Assembly: GCA_035378955.1 (NCBI GenBank)
Contig: DAOSUS010000004.1
Span: forward strand, 20,158 to 84,157
From: Candidatus Hydrogenedens sp.
Lineage (GTDB): Bacteria > Hydrogenedentota > Hydrogenedentia > Hydrogenedentales > Hydrogenedentaceae
Reading direction: 5' to 3'
DNA length: 64,000 nt
Below the pieces are notes generated by a model. That model did no database searches, was not told the origin of the DNA, and saw only the letters and a program-made list of their open reading frames with translations. Positions 28,921-38,061 of the stretch are shown here, in pieces (position 1 is the stretch's first letter; every line of letters begins with the position of its first letter). A program made the translations under genes and the position numbers.

Positions 28921-30147
28921 ATGTCAACATTAAAGGGTAATTTACTTGTAGCCCAAGGTGGTGGTCCCACTGCGGTTATTAATCAAAGTTTAGTTGGAGT
29001 TATCACAGAAGCAAGAAAATATGCACAAATTACTCATATTTTCGGTGCAAAACATGGTGTCCAGGGGATTGTTGATGAAAATTTATTAGACCTGACTGAA
29101 TTACCCTCGCACCAGTTAGAAGCAGTGGCACAGACTCCATCTTCTGCCTTATTATCAACCCGTAAAAAGCCCGATGCCGAATTCTGTAAAAAAATCTTCA
29201 ATGTATTTAAAAAATACAATATACGCTATTTTTGCTATATTGGCGGAAATGATAGTTCTGAAACATGCAGAATCATCGGAGAATCTGCAAAAAGTGAAAA
29301 TTATGATTTGAGACTTATTCATGTTCCTAAAACGATTGATAATGACTTAGTTCTCAATGACCATTGTCCTGGCTTCCCTTCTGCGGCAAAATATGTAGCA
29401 CAAGCATTTGCCGGGATTAACTTAGATAATAAAGCATTGCCGGGCATTCATATTGTTGTAGTTATGGGACGACACTCAGGATTTTTAACCGCTGCATCTG
29501 CTTATGCGAAGAAATACAATGATGATGGTCCTCATTTAGTCTATTTGCCAGAAAGACCTTTAAAACTTGAACAGTTCTTCACAGATGTAAAAGAAGTATA
29601 TGACCGTTTAGGGCGTTGTTTGATTGCCGTTTCCGAAGGTGTTCATGATGAAAGTGGAACAACCATTGCGGAGCGGTTCACAAAAGGGGAAGTGGATTCC
29701 TTCGGACATGTTCAATTATCAGGCACGGGAGCATTAGGAGATGATTTGGTTGTATATTTAAAAGAAAGATTTAAGGAACTTAAAATAGAGAAAATCAGAG
29801 CGCGTGCGGATACATTAGGATATCCACAGAGAAGTTTCTTAGGCTGTGTAAGTGAAGTTGACCAGAGAGAAGCCCGAGAAGTGGGTGAAAAAGCAGTGCA
29901 ATTCTCCGCAGGACAAAATCAAACTGGTTCTGTATCCATCCAACGAATAGCAGATTATGTTGTTCGCTACGAGTTAAAACCATTGGAAGAAATTGCAAAT
30001 AAGACAAAATATATGAGCGATGCGTTTATTAATGAAGCCGGTAATGGAGTAACAGCGGAATATATAAATTATCTTCGTCCCTTAATCGGACCATTACCCG
30101 TTTACGAGCAATTGGATGCACCTGCAGTTGATATAAACAAGATATAA
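28921..30147 (+). CDS. 6-phosphofructokinase, probably PPi-dependent
   Basis: QGGGPT, GGNDS (Asp at the GGDD/GGDG specificity site), PKTIDND (Lys), MGRHSG. Confidence 0.9.
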   Translation: MSTLKGNLLVAQGGGPTAVINQSLVGVITEARKYAQITHIFGAKHGVQGIVDENLLDLTELPSHQLEAVAQTPSSALLSTRKKPDAEFCKKIFNVFKKYNIRYFCYIGGNDSSETCRIIGESAKSENYDLRLIHVPKTIDNDLVLNDHCPGFPSAAKYVAQAFAGINLDNKALPGIHIVVVMGRHSGFLTAASAYAKKYNDDGPHLVYLPERPLKLEQFFTDVKEVYDRLGRCLIAVSEGVHDESGTTIAERFTKGEVDSFGHVQLSGTGALGDDLVVYLKERFKELKIEKIRARADTLGYPQRSFLGCVSEVDQREAREVGEKAVQFSAGQNQTGSVSIQRIADYVVRYELKPLEEIANKTKYMSDAFINEAGNGVTAEYINYLRPLIGPLPVYEQLDAPAVDINKI

Positions 30148-30152
30148 AATAT

Positions 30153-30181
30153 TTGACAAATGTGTAAAAAAAGATTATAAT
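30153..30181 (+). promoter_or_regulatory. Perfect-consensus sigma70 promoter
   Basis: TTGACA-N17-TATAAT, 45 nt upstream of the 30227 CDS. Confidence 0.85.
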
Positions 30182-30226
30182 AACATCTCATCATAAAATT
30201 TAAATATTAAACATGGGGTATGAGAT

Positions 30227-30685
30227 GTGGATAATTTAAGTGAACAATTTTTTAAGGCTCTTGACCAATATCAGGTTGAAGGGCTTAGTTTAAAATGGCC
30301 CTCGCACTCTTTTTCAGAACTGAAAATGAGTGTAGCTGGCGTTCAAGTAGGAAAAAGTATTTCTTTTATTCTACCGTGTAATCCTCTTTATCAAGATTGC
30401 ATGGGTTTTCTACACCCGGGATATTTATCCTTTGCGTTTAATGAAGCCTTCTATTGCTTCGCTTTTTCAATCGCAAATCGCCCATGTATTCCTATTCAAA
30501 CGAATTTTTCTTTGATCAATCCCATCCCAATCACTTCGTCTGCCCTTACTATTGAAATCTCTATATCTGCAAAAAGTCGGAAATTATTATTACTCACTGG
30601 AAAAGCCAAGAACTATCGTGAGAAAGTGCATGCCCTTGCAAATGCAATTGTAACTCCTTATTCTGTTTCAAACTCATCCGAATAA
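30227..30685 (+). CDS. Hotdog-fold (PaaI-like thioesterase) protein
   Basis: NPLYQDCMGFLHPG resembles the NPxGxxHGG motif; typical size. Confidence 0.6.
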   Translation: MDNLSEQFFKALDQYQVEGLSLKWPSHSFSELKMSVAGVQVGKSISFILPCNPLYQDCMGFLHPGYLSFAFNEAFYCFAFSIANRPCIPIQTNFSLINPIPITSSALTIEISISAKSRKLLLLTGKAKNYREKVHALANAIVTPYSVSNSSE

Positions 30686-30692
30686 ATACACA

Positions 30693-31517
30693 ATGTTAAA
30701 GAGTATTATGCAAAAAAAATTATCCATCTACATTTTTATTATTCTTGCTTCTGCTATAACATTAATAATTTATGCAGAAAAGAATGTTATCCCTTTGAAA
30801 CGGGCACATTCTCATAATGATTATCTTCGTCCGCAACCTCTTCTTGATGCATTGAATAACGGTTTTTGTAGTATTGAGGCGGATATACATATCGTTAATG
30901 GTGATTTGTTGGTTGCTCATGATTTGGATAAATGCAAACCTGAAAAGAACCTTGTCAATATGTATTTAAAACCCATTTTTGAGCGTGTTCAGAAAAATAA
31001 TGGGCATGTTTATGCAGTCCCTTCTGAATTCTGGCTATTGATAGATATAAAAAGCGAACCAGAAAGCACCTACACACTTCTGAAAGAACAATTATTACCC
31101 TATAAAAAGTTTCTTACTCGTATAGAAAATGGGAAAAAAATTGATGGAGCCGTAACTATTGTTATTTCTGGGGCTGTTCCTCGAGAAACGATAGAAAAAG
31201 AGAAAGACCGTTATGTTTTCATTGATGGTAGATTAGGAGATTTAGATACAAATCCTTCACCTGACCTTGTTCCATGGATTAGTAATTCATGGTTCTCCAT
31301 TTTTACCTGGATAGGAAAAGGAGATATGCCTCCACAGGAATTGAATAAACTAAAAGAAATCGTTTCCAAATCACACGAACAAGGCAGAAAAGTCCGTTTT
31401 TGGGGTGCCCCACAAACCTTAGAATGCTGGGAAGTTTTGTATAATGAAGGAGTAGATTTTTTAAATACGGATTTTCCGAAACGGCTATCTGAATTTTTAA
31501 AAAATAAAATGAAATAA
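30693..31517 (+). CDS. PI-PLC/GDPD-like phosphodiesterase (AIM6-like), exported
   Basis: AHSHNDY, SIEADI, LLIDIK, RKVRFW, GVDFLNTD. Confidence 0.8.
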   Translation: MLKSIMQKKLSIYIFIILASAITLIIYAEKNVIPLKRAHSHNDYLRPQPLLDALNNGFCSIEADIHIVNGDLLVAHDLDKCKPEKNLVNMYLKPIFERVQKNNGHVYAVPSEFWLLIDIKSEPESTYTLLKEQLLPYKKFLTRIENGKKIDGAVTIVISGAVPRETIEKEKDRYVFIDGRLGDLDTNPSPDLVPWISNSWFSIFTWIGKGDMPPQELNKLKEIVSKSHEQGRKVRFWGAPQTLECWEVLYNEGVDFLNTDFPKRLSEFLKNKMK

Positions 31518-31535
31518 ATATCGAGAATTCAATAC

Positions 31536-32564
31536 ATGATGAAATTTAAAGTTGCTTTTGTAGGGTTGGGAAATATATGCAGGGAACGACATATTCCCGG
31601 ATTAATGAAACTACCCAATGTTCAAATTATTGGCGTTATAAATAGGACAGAACAATCGAGTAAAAAAGTAGCTCAGGAATATAAAATTCCCCGTGTATAT
31701 TCCTCATGGGTAGAATTGGTCAATGACCCGGAAGTAGATATTGTCTGGATCGGCACCTGGCCTTATCTCCATGCTCCTGTAAGTATTTCCGCACTAAAAG
31801 CGGGAAAACATGTATTTTGTCAGGCTCGTATGGCAATGAATCTTTTAGAAGCACAACAAATGTATGAAACTGCTTGTCGAACAGGTAAGGTTGCTGGATT
31901 GTGCCCGGTGCCTTTCGGTATGACTTATGATAAAACGATTGCTCGAATAAGACGGGAAGGAATTCTTGGAGAAATATATTTTGTAAAAGTGAACAGTTTT
32001 AATGATTTTAACCTTGACCCTAATAAACCTTTGCATTGGCGTAAAGACCATCGGCTCTCCGGACAAAATGTGTTAACTTTAGGGATGTATATTGAATTGA
32101 TACATCGTTGGTTTGGATGGACAAAAAGCGTTTGTGGAAATTATCAGATTTTTACACCCACACGAAAGACACCCGAAGGAGAAATTGTAGAAATACAGGT
32201 TCCAGACCAGGTACAGGCTCAATTAGAACTTGTTTGTGGAACCATAGCCCAACTGACCATATCCGGTATGTCAATCTATCCTCAGGAAAGTGTAGAAATT
32301 CATGCTCAATATAAAACGCTCTATTATGATGTACTCGAAGATAAACTCTATGAACTGGCTAAAAATGGAGAAAGAAAAATTATTGTTCCACAAGAAGAAG
32401 ACTTTTACGATGTAAAAAATTGGTCTGTGGAAAAAGATTTTATTGAAGCCGTGTCTATGGGTAAAGAGTATCATCCTAATTTTGAAGATGGATTAAAATA
32501 TATGGAAGTATTAGACGCTATTTATAAATCCGCACACTCCAACCAAAAAGTTTTTATTCGTTAA
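31536..32564 (+). CDS. Gfo/Idh/MocA oxidoreductase
   Basis: VGLGNI, DPEVDIVWIGTWPYLH, GKHVFCQARMA. Confidence 0.9.
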   Translation: MMKFKVAFVGLGNICRERHIPGLMKLPNVQIIGVINRTEQSSKKVAQEYKIPRVYSSWVELVNDPEVDIVWIGTWPYLHAPVSISALKAGKHVFCQARMAMNLLEAQQMYETACRTGKVAGLCPVPFGMTYDKTIARIRREGILGEIYFVKVNSFNDFNLDPNKPLHWRKDHRLSGQNVLTLGMYIELIHRWFGWTKSVCGNYQIFTPTRKTPEGEIVEIQVPDQVQAQLELVCGTIAQLTISGMSIYPQESVEIHAQYKTLYYDVLEDKLYELAKNGERKIIVPQEEDFYDVKNWSVEKDFIEAVSMGKEYHPNFEDGLKYMEVLDAIYKSAHSNQKVFIR

Positions 32565-33540
32565 TCAGTTCTGTAAGCAATTTTTCCAATTGTATACTTC
32601 CTTCCTCCCATGTAGAAAAAAGTGTTTTATTGTTATGTGAAAATGTGGGTTTTTGTTTTAACAAAGTATATATACGGTTTGGTATATCCATCGGGGTGTC
32701 ATAAAAAAATAAATTTTCATTATCTCCCTCAAAAGGCAAATCTAATGCAGGGACAAAAACTTTTGCTCCTTTTGATATGAATTCCATTCCTATGTGATAT
32801 AAATTTTTACTTAATACAGCGATGATTTCCCTTCCATCAATAATCTTTTGTATCCAGTCATGAAATTCTTCCGCAGGGATGGTATTTAAATCCTTATTGC
32901 CTATATAGAGAATATCGTAATGAGGTTTTTCTTTTTCTATTTGTTCAGCAAGTGATTTTAAGTGTCGTTGTCGATCTTTATCTAAAATAAGTATTCTCTT
33001 TTGAATTTGCTTTTCTGTGTTTGTTATTTCATTTACATTAGAACATACACCCATGGGGATGTAATTTAAATATTTTTCTGGCACACCTTTGTAAATTAAA
33101 TCCTTTAATGTTTCTTTTTGGGGAATGATAACAGGACCTGGAAAATCATTTGAAGCAATCCATTTATTTCTCAGTGAAAAAATAATGGGTATATTTACAA
33201 AGGCTTCATCTATATCTAATTCAAATGGGTTCCCATCAATAATTTCAATCAGCGTAAATGGCTTAATATCCTTGCTTACCCGTTTTAATCGTGATAAGAA
33301 AAAAGGCATTAACCAGCGATAGGTCAAGGAATTCCCTATATTAATAACAAAGAAATTTCTCCAGTGTGAAAGGGAGGGGAACAGACTGAAGTTGTAAAGG
33401 TTCTTTCCCGGTTGAAGCCAATTAACGATATAACCTTTTCGGAATAACGCCGAAAAAAGTTCTACACAGTAATATACTTTCCAATTCCATGGATATTCTG
33501 CCAACCGAAATGGGCTAATGATATATAATCTCTTTTTCAA
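32554..33540 (-). CDS. Hypothetical protein, weakly GT-B-like
   Basis: 328 aa with a TTG start after AAGGGA. IPMGV, DILYIG and TWEE segments recall GT4 architecture, but the catalytic ExxxxxxxE motif is absent. Confidence 0.5.
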   Translation of the reverse strand: MKKRLYIISPFRLAEYPWNWKVYYCVELFSALFRKGYIVNWLQPGKNLYNFSLFPSLSHWRNFFVINIGNSLTYRWLMPFFLSRLKRVSKDIKPFTLIEIIDGNPFELDIDEAFVNIPIIFSLRNKWIASNDFPGPVIIPQKETLKDLIYKGVPEKYLNYIPMGVCSNVNEITNTEKQIQKRILILDKDRQRHLKSLAEQIEKEKPHYDILYIGNKDLNTIPAEEFHDWIQKIIDGREIIAVLSKNLYHIGMEFISKGAKVFVPALDLPFEGDNENLFFYDTPMDIPNRIYTLLKQKPTFSHNNKTLFSTWEEGSIQLEKLLTELINE

Positions 33541-33707
33541 CTAATATTTCCCTTATAAAGTATTTCTTTGTTTACAATTTTAAATAAACGGGCAGAATAA
33601 ATAATAATTTCACCTTTGTAAAAATTGTATAATTAGTATCCGTAGTTTTATAAGAATACATTTTGCAATATAAATACAACAGAACTTTTAGAGAAGTAGA
33701 GTAAATT

Positions 33708-35060
33708 ATGTCAGATACTTTAACATCAACAATGATAAAGAATAAATTACCCGGACATTTTTTTAACTCTGAGAATATTGGTTTTTGTCGAGTTCCAGGG
33801 AGAGTTAATTTAATTGGAGAGCATACAGATTACAATGGTTTCTCTGTGCTTCCCGTAACTATCAAGAAGGAGGTTCATTGTGCCTTTTCTCGATGAAATG
33901 ATAATGAAATACATCTTTTCAATGAAGACCCTCGATTTCAACCGTTGTCTTTTTTAAATCAACCTGAAATTTTACCTTCTCCTACAGGGTCATGGGACAA
34001 CTATATTAAAGCAGGTGTGATTGCGTTAAACAAAAAATTTAAAGTTCGAACCTTTCCGGGGTTCAATTTATTCATAAAAAGCACCTTACCCATTGCAACA
34101 GGATTAAGTTCCTCATCGGCTCTTGTCATAACTGCTTCACTGGCATACTTAAAGATATTAGGCAAGGAATTAGGTAGGGATATATCACGATTGGAACTGG
34201 CAGAACTTATGGCGGAAGGAGAACATTTTGTAGGGACTAAAGGCGGTGGAATGGACCAAACGGTTATATTGAATGGTGAGGAAGGACATGCCTGTAAAAT
34301 TGATTTTTTCCCTATTCGAACAGCCCTTATTCCCTTGTTTGAAGACTATGTTTTTATCGTTTGCGATTCAACTATACGTGCTCAAAAAACGGGGGCTTGT
34401 TTGCATCGGTATAATGCAGGACCGCGCATGTGTTTTCTTGCATGTGCCCTTTTAGAAAAACATTTGCGGAATGAATTTGACAATGATTTGCACATTAAAC
34501 GATTGGGGGATTTATGGTCGGGTGACCTGTGCCTTACCTTTAATGAAATTCTTGATTTTACCGAACAGGCTATTCCCAAAGAATATCTATCATTGAAAGA
34601 AATTGCTTATCTTCTGGATATAACCCCACAGGATGTTCGTAAATTATGGTTAGGCGAGATTGAAGAACCTGAGAAGGGCTTTCCTTTAAGAGCTCGTATA
34701 CAACATGTAATAACAGAACATAAACGCGTAGAACTATCTCGAGACGCATTATTAGCAAACGATGCATATACTTTTGGCAGGTTGATGAACGAATCTCATT
34801 CCAGTTGTGCTGATAATTATGAAATAAGTATTCCCGAACTGGATATACTTACTCAAATTGCCCGCAAATACGGAGCCATTGGCTCGCGTCTTACGGGTGC
34901 CGGCTTTGGAGGATGTACCGTTAGCCTTGTTCCTCGTGAGAAAGTAGATTATTTTATGGAAAATGTTGAAAAACAATACTATCAGAAATATTTAGGACTT
35001 CCTTCGGCTCAGGGAATGTTTATTGCAGAGACATGTCCTTCCGCTTCATATATAAATTAA
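33708..35060 (+). pseudogene. galK: Galactokinase interrupted by one in-frame TGA (33894-33896)
   Basis: [14 protein letters not shown] before the stop; GLSSSS, GGMDQ and GSRLTGAGFGGC after it, in the same frame (FSR*NDNEI). Confidence 0.85.
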
Positions 35061-35081
35061 CTCTTTAACAGGACCTTTTTT

Positions 35082-36122
35082 ATGACTATCCTTTTCCGTG
35101 AATTATATGAAGCAAAAGAAAAAGAATGGTTATCACCGTTAGCATGCCTTGCCATAAATTCCAAAGGGAGGCAAATCCCGGAAAAGGAAGACCCTTACCG
35201 CACCTGTTTTCAGCGAGACCGTGACCGTATAATTCATTCCAAAGCATTCCGCCGATTAAAACGGAAGACGCAGGTATTTCTTGCCCCCTTAGGAGATCAT
35301 TACCGAACACGGCTTACACATACATTAGAAGTGGTGCAAATTGCACGAACTATATCTCGCGTTCTGAGGTTAAACGAAGATTTAACCGAAGCCATTGCTT
35401 TAGGGCATGATTTAGGTCATACGCCATTTGGACATGCGGGTGAACGAGCACTAAATGAACTATTCTCATTCGGTTTTAACCATGCGGAACAGAGTTTGCG
35501 CGTTGTGGATATTCTCGAACAAAGACGAAAAGGCAAAAAAGGATTAAATCTCACTTATGAGGTTCGGGAAGGAATTCGAAATCATTCTCGGGGAAAATGC
35601 ATTCTTTTCGGACAACCCTGTCCGGAAAACATAAGTTATGAAGCACTTATTGTTAGTTTAAGTGATGTAATAGCATATATCACTCATGACATTGACGATG
35701 CAGTCCGTGCAAAAATTTTGAAAATTGACCAATTACCTTCAAAAGCCATTTCTATTCTTGGAAAAACGGCATCCGAACAGATTGATACTATGGTTCACGG
35801 GGTTATCGAAGGTTCTACACAGGGCAATATCCAGATTGTCCCGGATGTATTAAATGCTATTGTTGAATTAAGGACTTATTTGTTTGAAAAACTTTATCCA
35901 TCCGAACCGATAGCAAGGGAAATTAACAAAGCCCAGAGGATTATCCGTGAATTGTTCCATTACTTTATGAAAAATCCTCCCGAAGATATATTACAAAATG
36001 ACCCTGAATTTACACAAAATTCTATAGAAAGAAATATTATTGATTTTCTTGCAGGTATGACAGATGAATATGCTTTAAATAAATATCAAGAATTGTTTTT
36101 ACCTTCCCCATGGCACACATAA
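35082..36122 (+). CDS. dgt: Deoxyguanosinetriphosphate triphosphohydrolase-like protein
   Basis: RDRDRIIHSKAFRRL..KTQV, RTRLTHT, GHDLGHTPFGHAGE, DFLAGMTD. Confidence 0.93.
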   Translation: MTILFRELYEAKEKEWLSPLACLAINSKGRQIPEKEDPYRTCFQRDRDRIIHSKAFRRLKRKTQVFLAPLGDHYRTRLTHTLEVVQIARTISRVLRLNEDLTEAIALGHDLGHTPFGHAGERALNELFSFGFNHAEQSLRVVDILEQRRKGKKGLNLTYEVREGIRNHSRGKCILFGQPCPENISYEALIVSLSDVIAYITHDIDDAVRAKILKIDQLPSKAISILGKTASEQIDTMVHGVIEGSTQGNIQIVPDVLNAIVELRTYLFEKLYPSEPIAREINKAQRIIRELFHYFMKNPPEDILQNDPEFTQNSIERNIIDFLAGMTDEYALNKYQELFLPSPWHT

Positions 36123-36811
36123 AATTAGCAATCATAACAGGCTCGGGTTTGAATTTTACAAACATTTTAGATGTTTACTGTCAGGAAAAATCTTTATTCG
36201 ATGTATTTCCCGAAATCACAACACAAATAGCAGGGCATAAATATCAAATCATTGATGGCTTTATTGGTTCGATACCCACAATAATTTGCAGTGGCAGGAT
36301 ACATGCTTATGAGGGGTATGAATTTGAAAAATTTAAATCTTTTTTAAATTATTTTAGAGAACAAGGAATAACACATCTAATCTCTATAAATGCAGTAGGT
36401 GGATTAAATAAAGACATGTCTGTTGGAGATTTTGTATCCGTTGAAAAACTTGTTTCGGTTCAATATAAACCTTTTCCTATTCCTCCAATAATGTATCCAT
36501 CATGGGTATTTCATCACTATCATCCGAAAGGCACTTATATCTGGGTAACGGGACCATGTTATGAAACGCAATCCGAATTACGACTATTTTTATCTATGGG
36601 AGGCGATGTTATCGGTATGAGCGGAGGACCGGAGTTATATTGGGCTATGGAAATGGGAATTAAAACAGCCATGTTTTCTTGTGTTACCAATTATTGTTTT
36701 GATCATTCCATCTTAACTCATGAACAGGTTGTCGCTAATGCACAGAAAGCATGTGCTCGTTTTGAACAGATGTTCCGCAATATGGTTATAAAAGAACTTA
36801 CTGACATTTAA
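36110..36811 (+). CDS. Purine nucleoside phosphorylase (trimeric PNP/MTAP family)
   Basis: ITGSGL, GRIHAYEG, GPCYET, VIGMS, VTN. Confidence 0.85.
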   Translation: MAHIKLAIITGSGLNFTNILDVYCQEKSLFDVFPEITTQIAGHKYQIIDGFIGSIPTIICSGRIHAYEGYEFEKFKSFLNYFREQGITHLISINAVGGLNKDMSVGDFVSVEKLVSVQYKPFPIPPIMYPSWVFHHYHPKGTYIWVTGPCYETQSELRLFLSMGGDVIGMSGGPELYWAMEMGIKTAMFSCVTNYCFDHSILTHEQVVANAQKACARFEQMFRNMVIKELTDI

Positions 36812-36866
36812 TTCTATATACATAACGATTATGTAAAAAAACTTTAAAGGATTTTATATAAATTTA

Positions 36867-37886
36867 CTAATTGTTCGGTGCTTCGGATAAAACAGGACGG
36901 TAATAATTAATAGCAGTAAATCCTATTGAGGTATCTTTTATATTTAATTTTCTACCGGATTGCTCATAACCTAAAAAGGTTCCCTGAACATCCTTGGGTA
37001 AAAGGGCAACAAATAGATACATTGCATTCTTCCCACACACAGGGTTTTTTGTCCTTTCAAAATAATCCTGCAAACCTAACAGGTCTTTCTTCATGAGAAG
37101 GTCAATCAATTCTTTATCCAATTTTTCTTGCATTTCAAGCATTTGTTCCGCAGGTGCCGGTGTATAGTTAAATGAGGCACCCCACGATGTTAAATCCGTA
37201 CTTAAAATTAACAGCGTTTTATCGGTAATAAATCTTCGTAATGTTTCTACGATATTTCTAAATACATTAGAACTCTCTTTTCCATAATTATCAACAAATT
37301 CACCAACGAGGACAGGAATAATTTTTGTTGATTTCATTTTATACTGCAACATAGGTAAAATTACTTCTATAGAATATTCATTCTCATGGATGGCAGTTCT
37401 TCCCTGTCGCAATGATTTTTGTAATGATTGCATTACGATATAAGGAGACAAAGCTATTTGTTCTAATTTTTCATAATCAACACGCACAACACCTAAAGGT
37501 GTGGCAAAACCTTGAACAGAAGGCAAGGAACAACCAGCAAATTTAGCAATATGGCAAGGAGCTAAAATAATTACATTATCGAATTCTCCTTCTTTTATTT
37601 CCGCAAAAGCACGAGATATTAAATTTCCACATAAACCCCATCCTGAATGAGGGACAATACAGGCAACCAGTTTTTGATTTGTATTCGGGCTTGGTGGAAC
37701 CTGTTCAAAAAATTTTTGAATGGTTTCTTTTAATACTGGTAAATCACCGGGATACAATGTTCCTGCAGAGATAGGACGGCGTATTTTCTCAGCAGAAAAT
37801 CCCAATGGATTAAAGAATAAAAGCAAAATAATTAATAAACAAGTTATTGGTTTTATACTTCTTCCCATAAAGAAAGGTAAATACAT
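36867..37886 (-). CDS. MEMO1 family (AmmeMemoRadiSam protein B), with N-terminal signal/anchor
   Basis: IRRPISAGTLYPG, IVPHSGW, ENEYSIEVILP, STDL, VCG. Confidence 0.8.
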   Translation of the reverse strand: MYLPFFMGRSIKPITCLLIILLLFFNPLGFSAEKIRRPISAGTLYPGDLPVLKETIQKFFEQVPPSPNTNQKLVACIVPHSGWGLCGNLISRAFAEIKEGEFDNVIILAPCHIAKFAGCSLPSVQGFATPLGVVRVDYEKLEQIALSPYIVMQSLQKSLRQGRTAIHENEYSIEVILPMLQYKMKSTKIIPVLVGEFVDNYGKESSNVFRNIVETLRRFITDKTLLILSTDLTSWGASFNYTPAPAEQMLEMQEKLDKELIDLLMKKDLLGLQDYFERTKNPVCGKNAMYLFVALLPKDVQGTFLGYEQSGRKLNIKDTSIGFTAINYYRPVLSEAPNN

Positions 37887-37924
37887 ATTTTTTTATTCCT
37901 TATTTATTGCAAATTTTTAGTTGC

Positions 37925-37953
37925 TTGTGAATTTGAGGATTATTATATATAAT
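37925..37953 (+). promoter_or_regulatory. Putative sigma70 promoter of the EF-G-like gene
   Basis: TTGTGA-N17-TATAAT. Confidence 0.5.
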
Positions 37954-38061
37954 CAGTATAATACATACTCTATGATTTTAAATGAAAATGGATAATCGTG
38001 CAGTAATTTCTTTTTAAATTCAATTTTAATCCTATAACCCTAATAAGAATGGAGTTATCCG

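Noticed and set aside
16450-33896. Selenocysteine at the two in-frame TGA codons
   Set aside because: Neither position is a Cys or redox site in these families, and I see no convincing SECIS-like hairpin just downstream.
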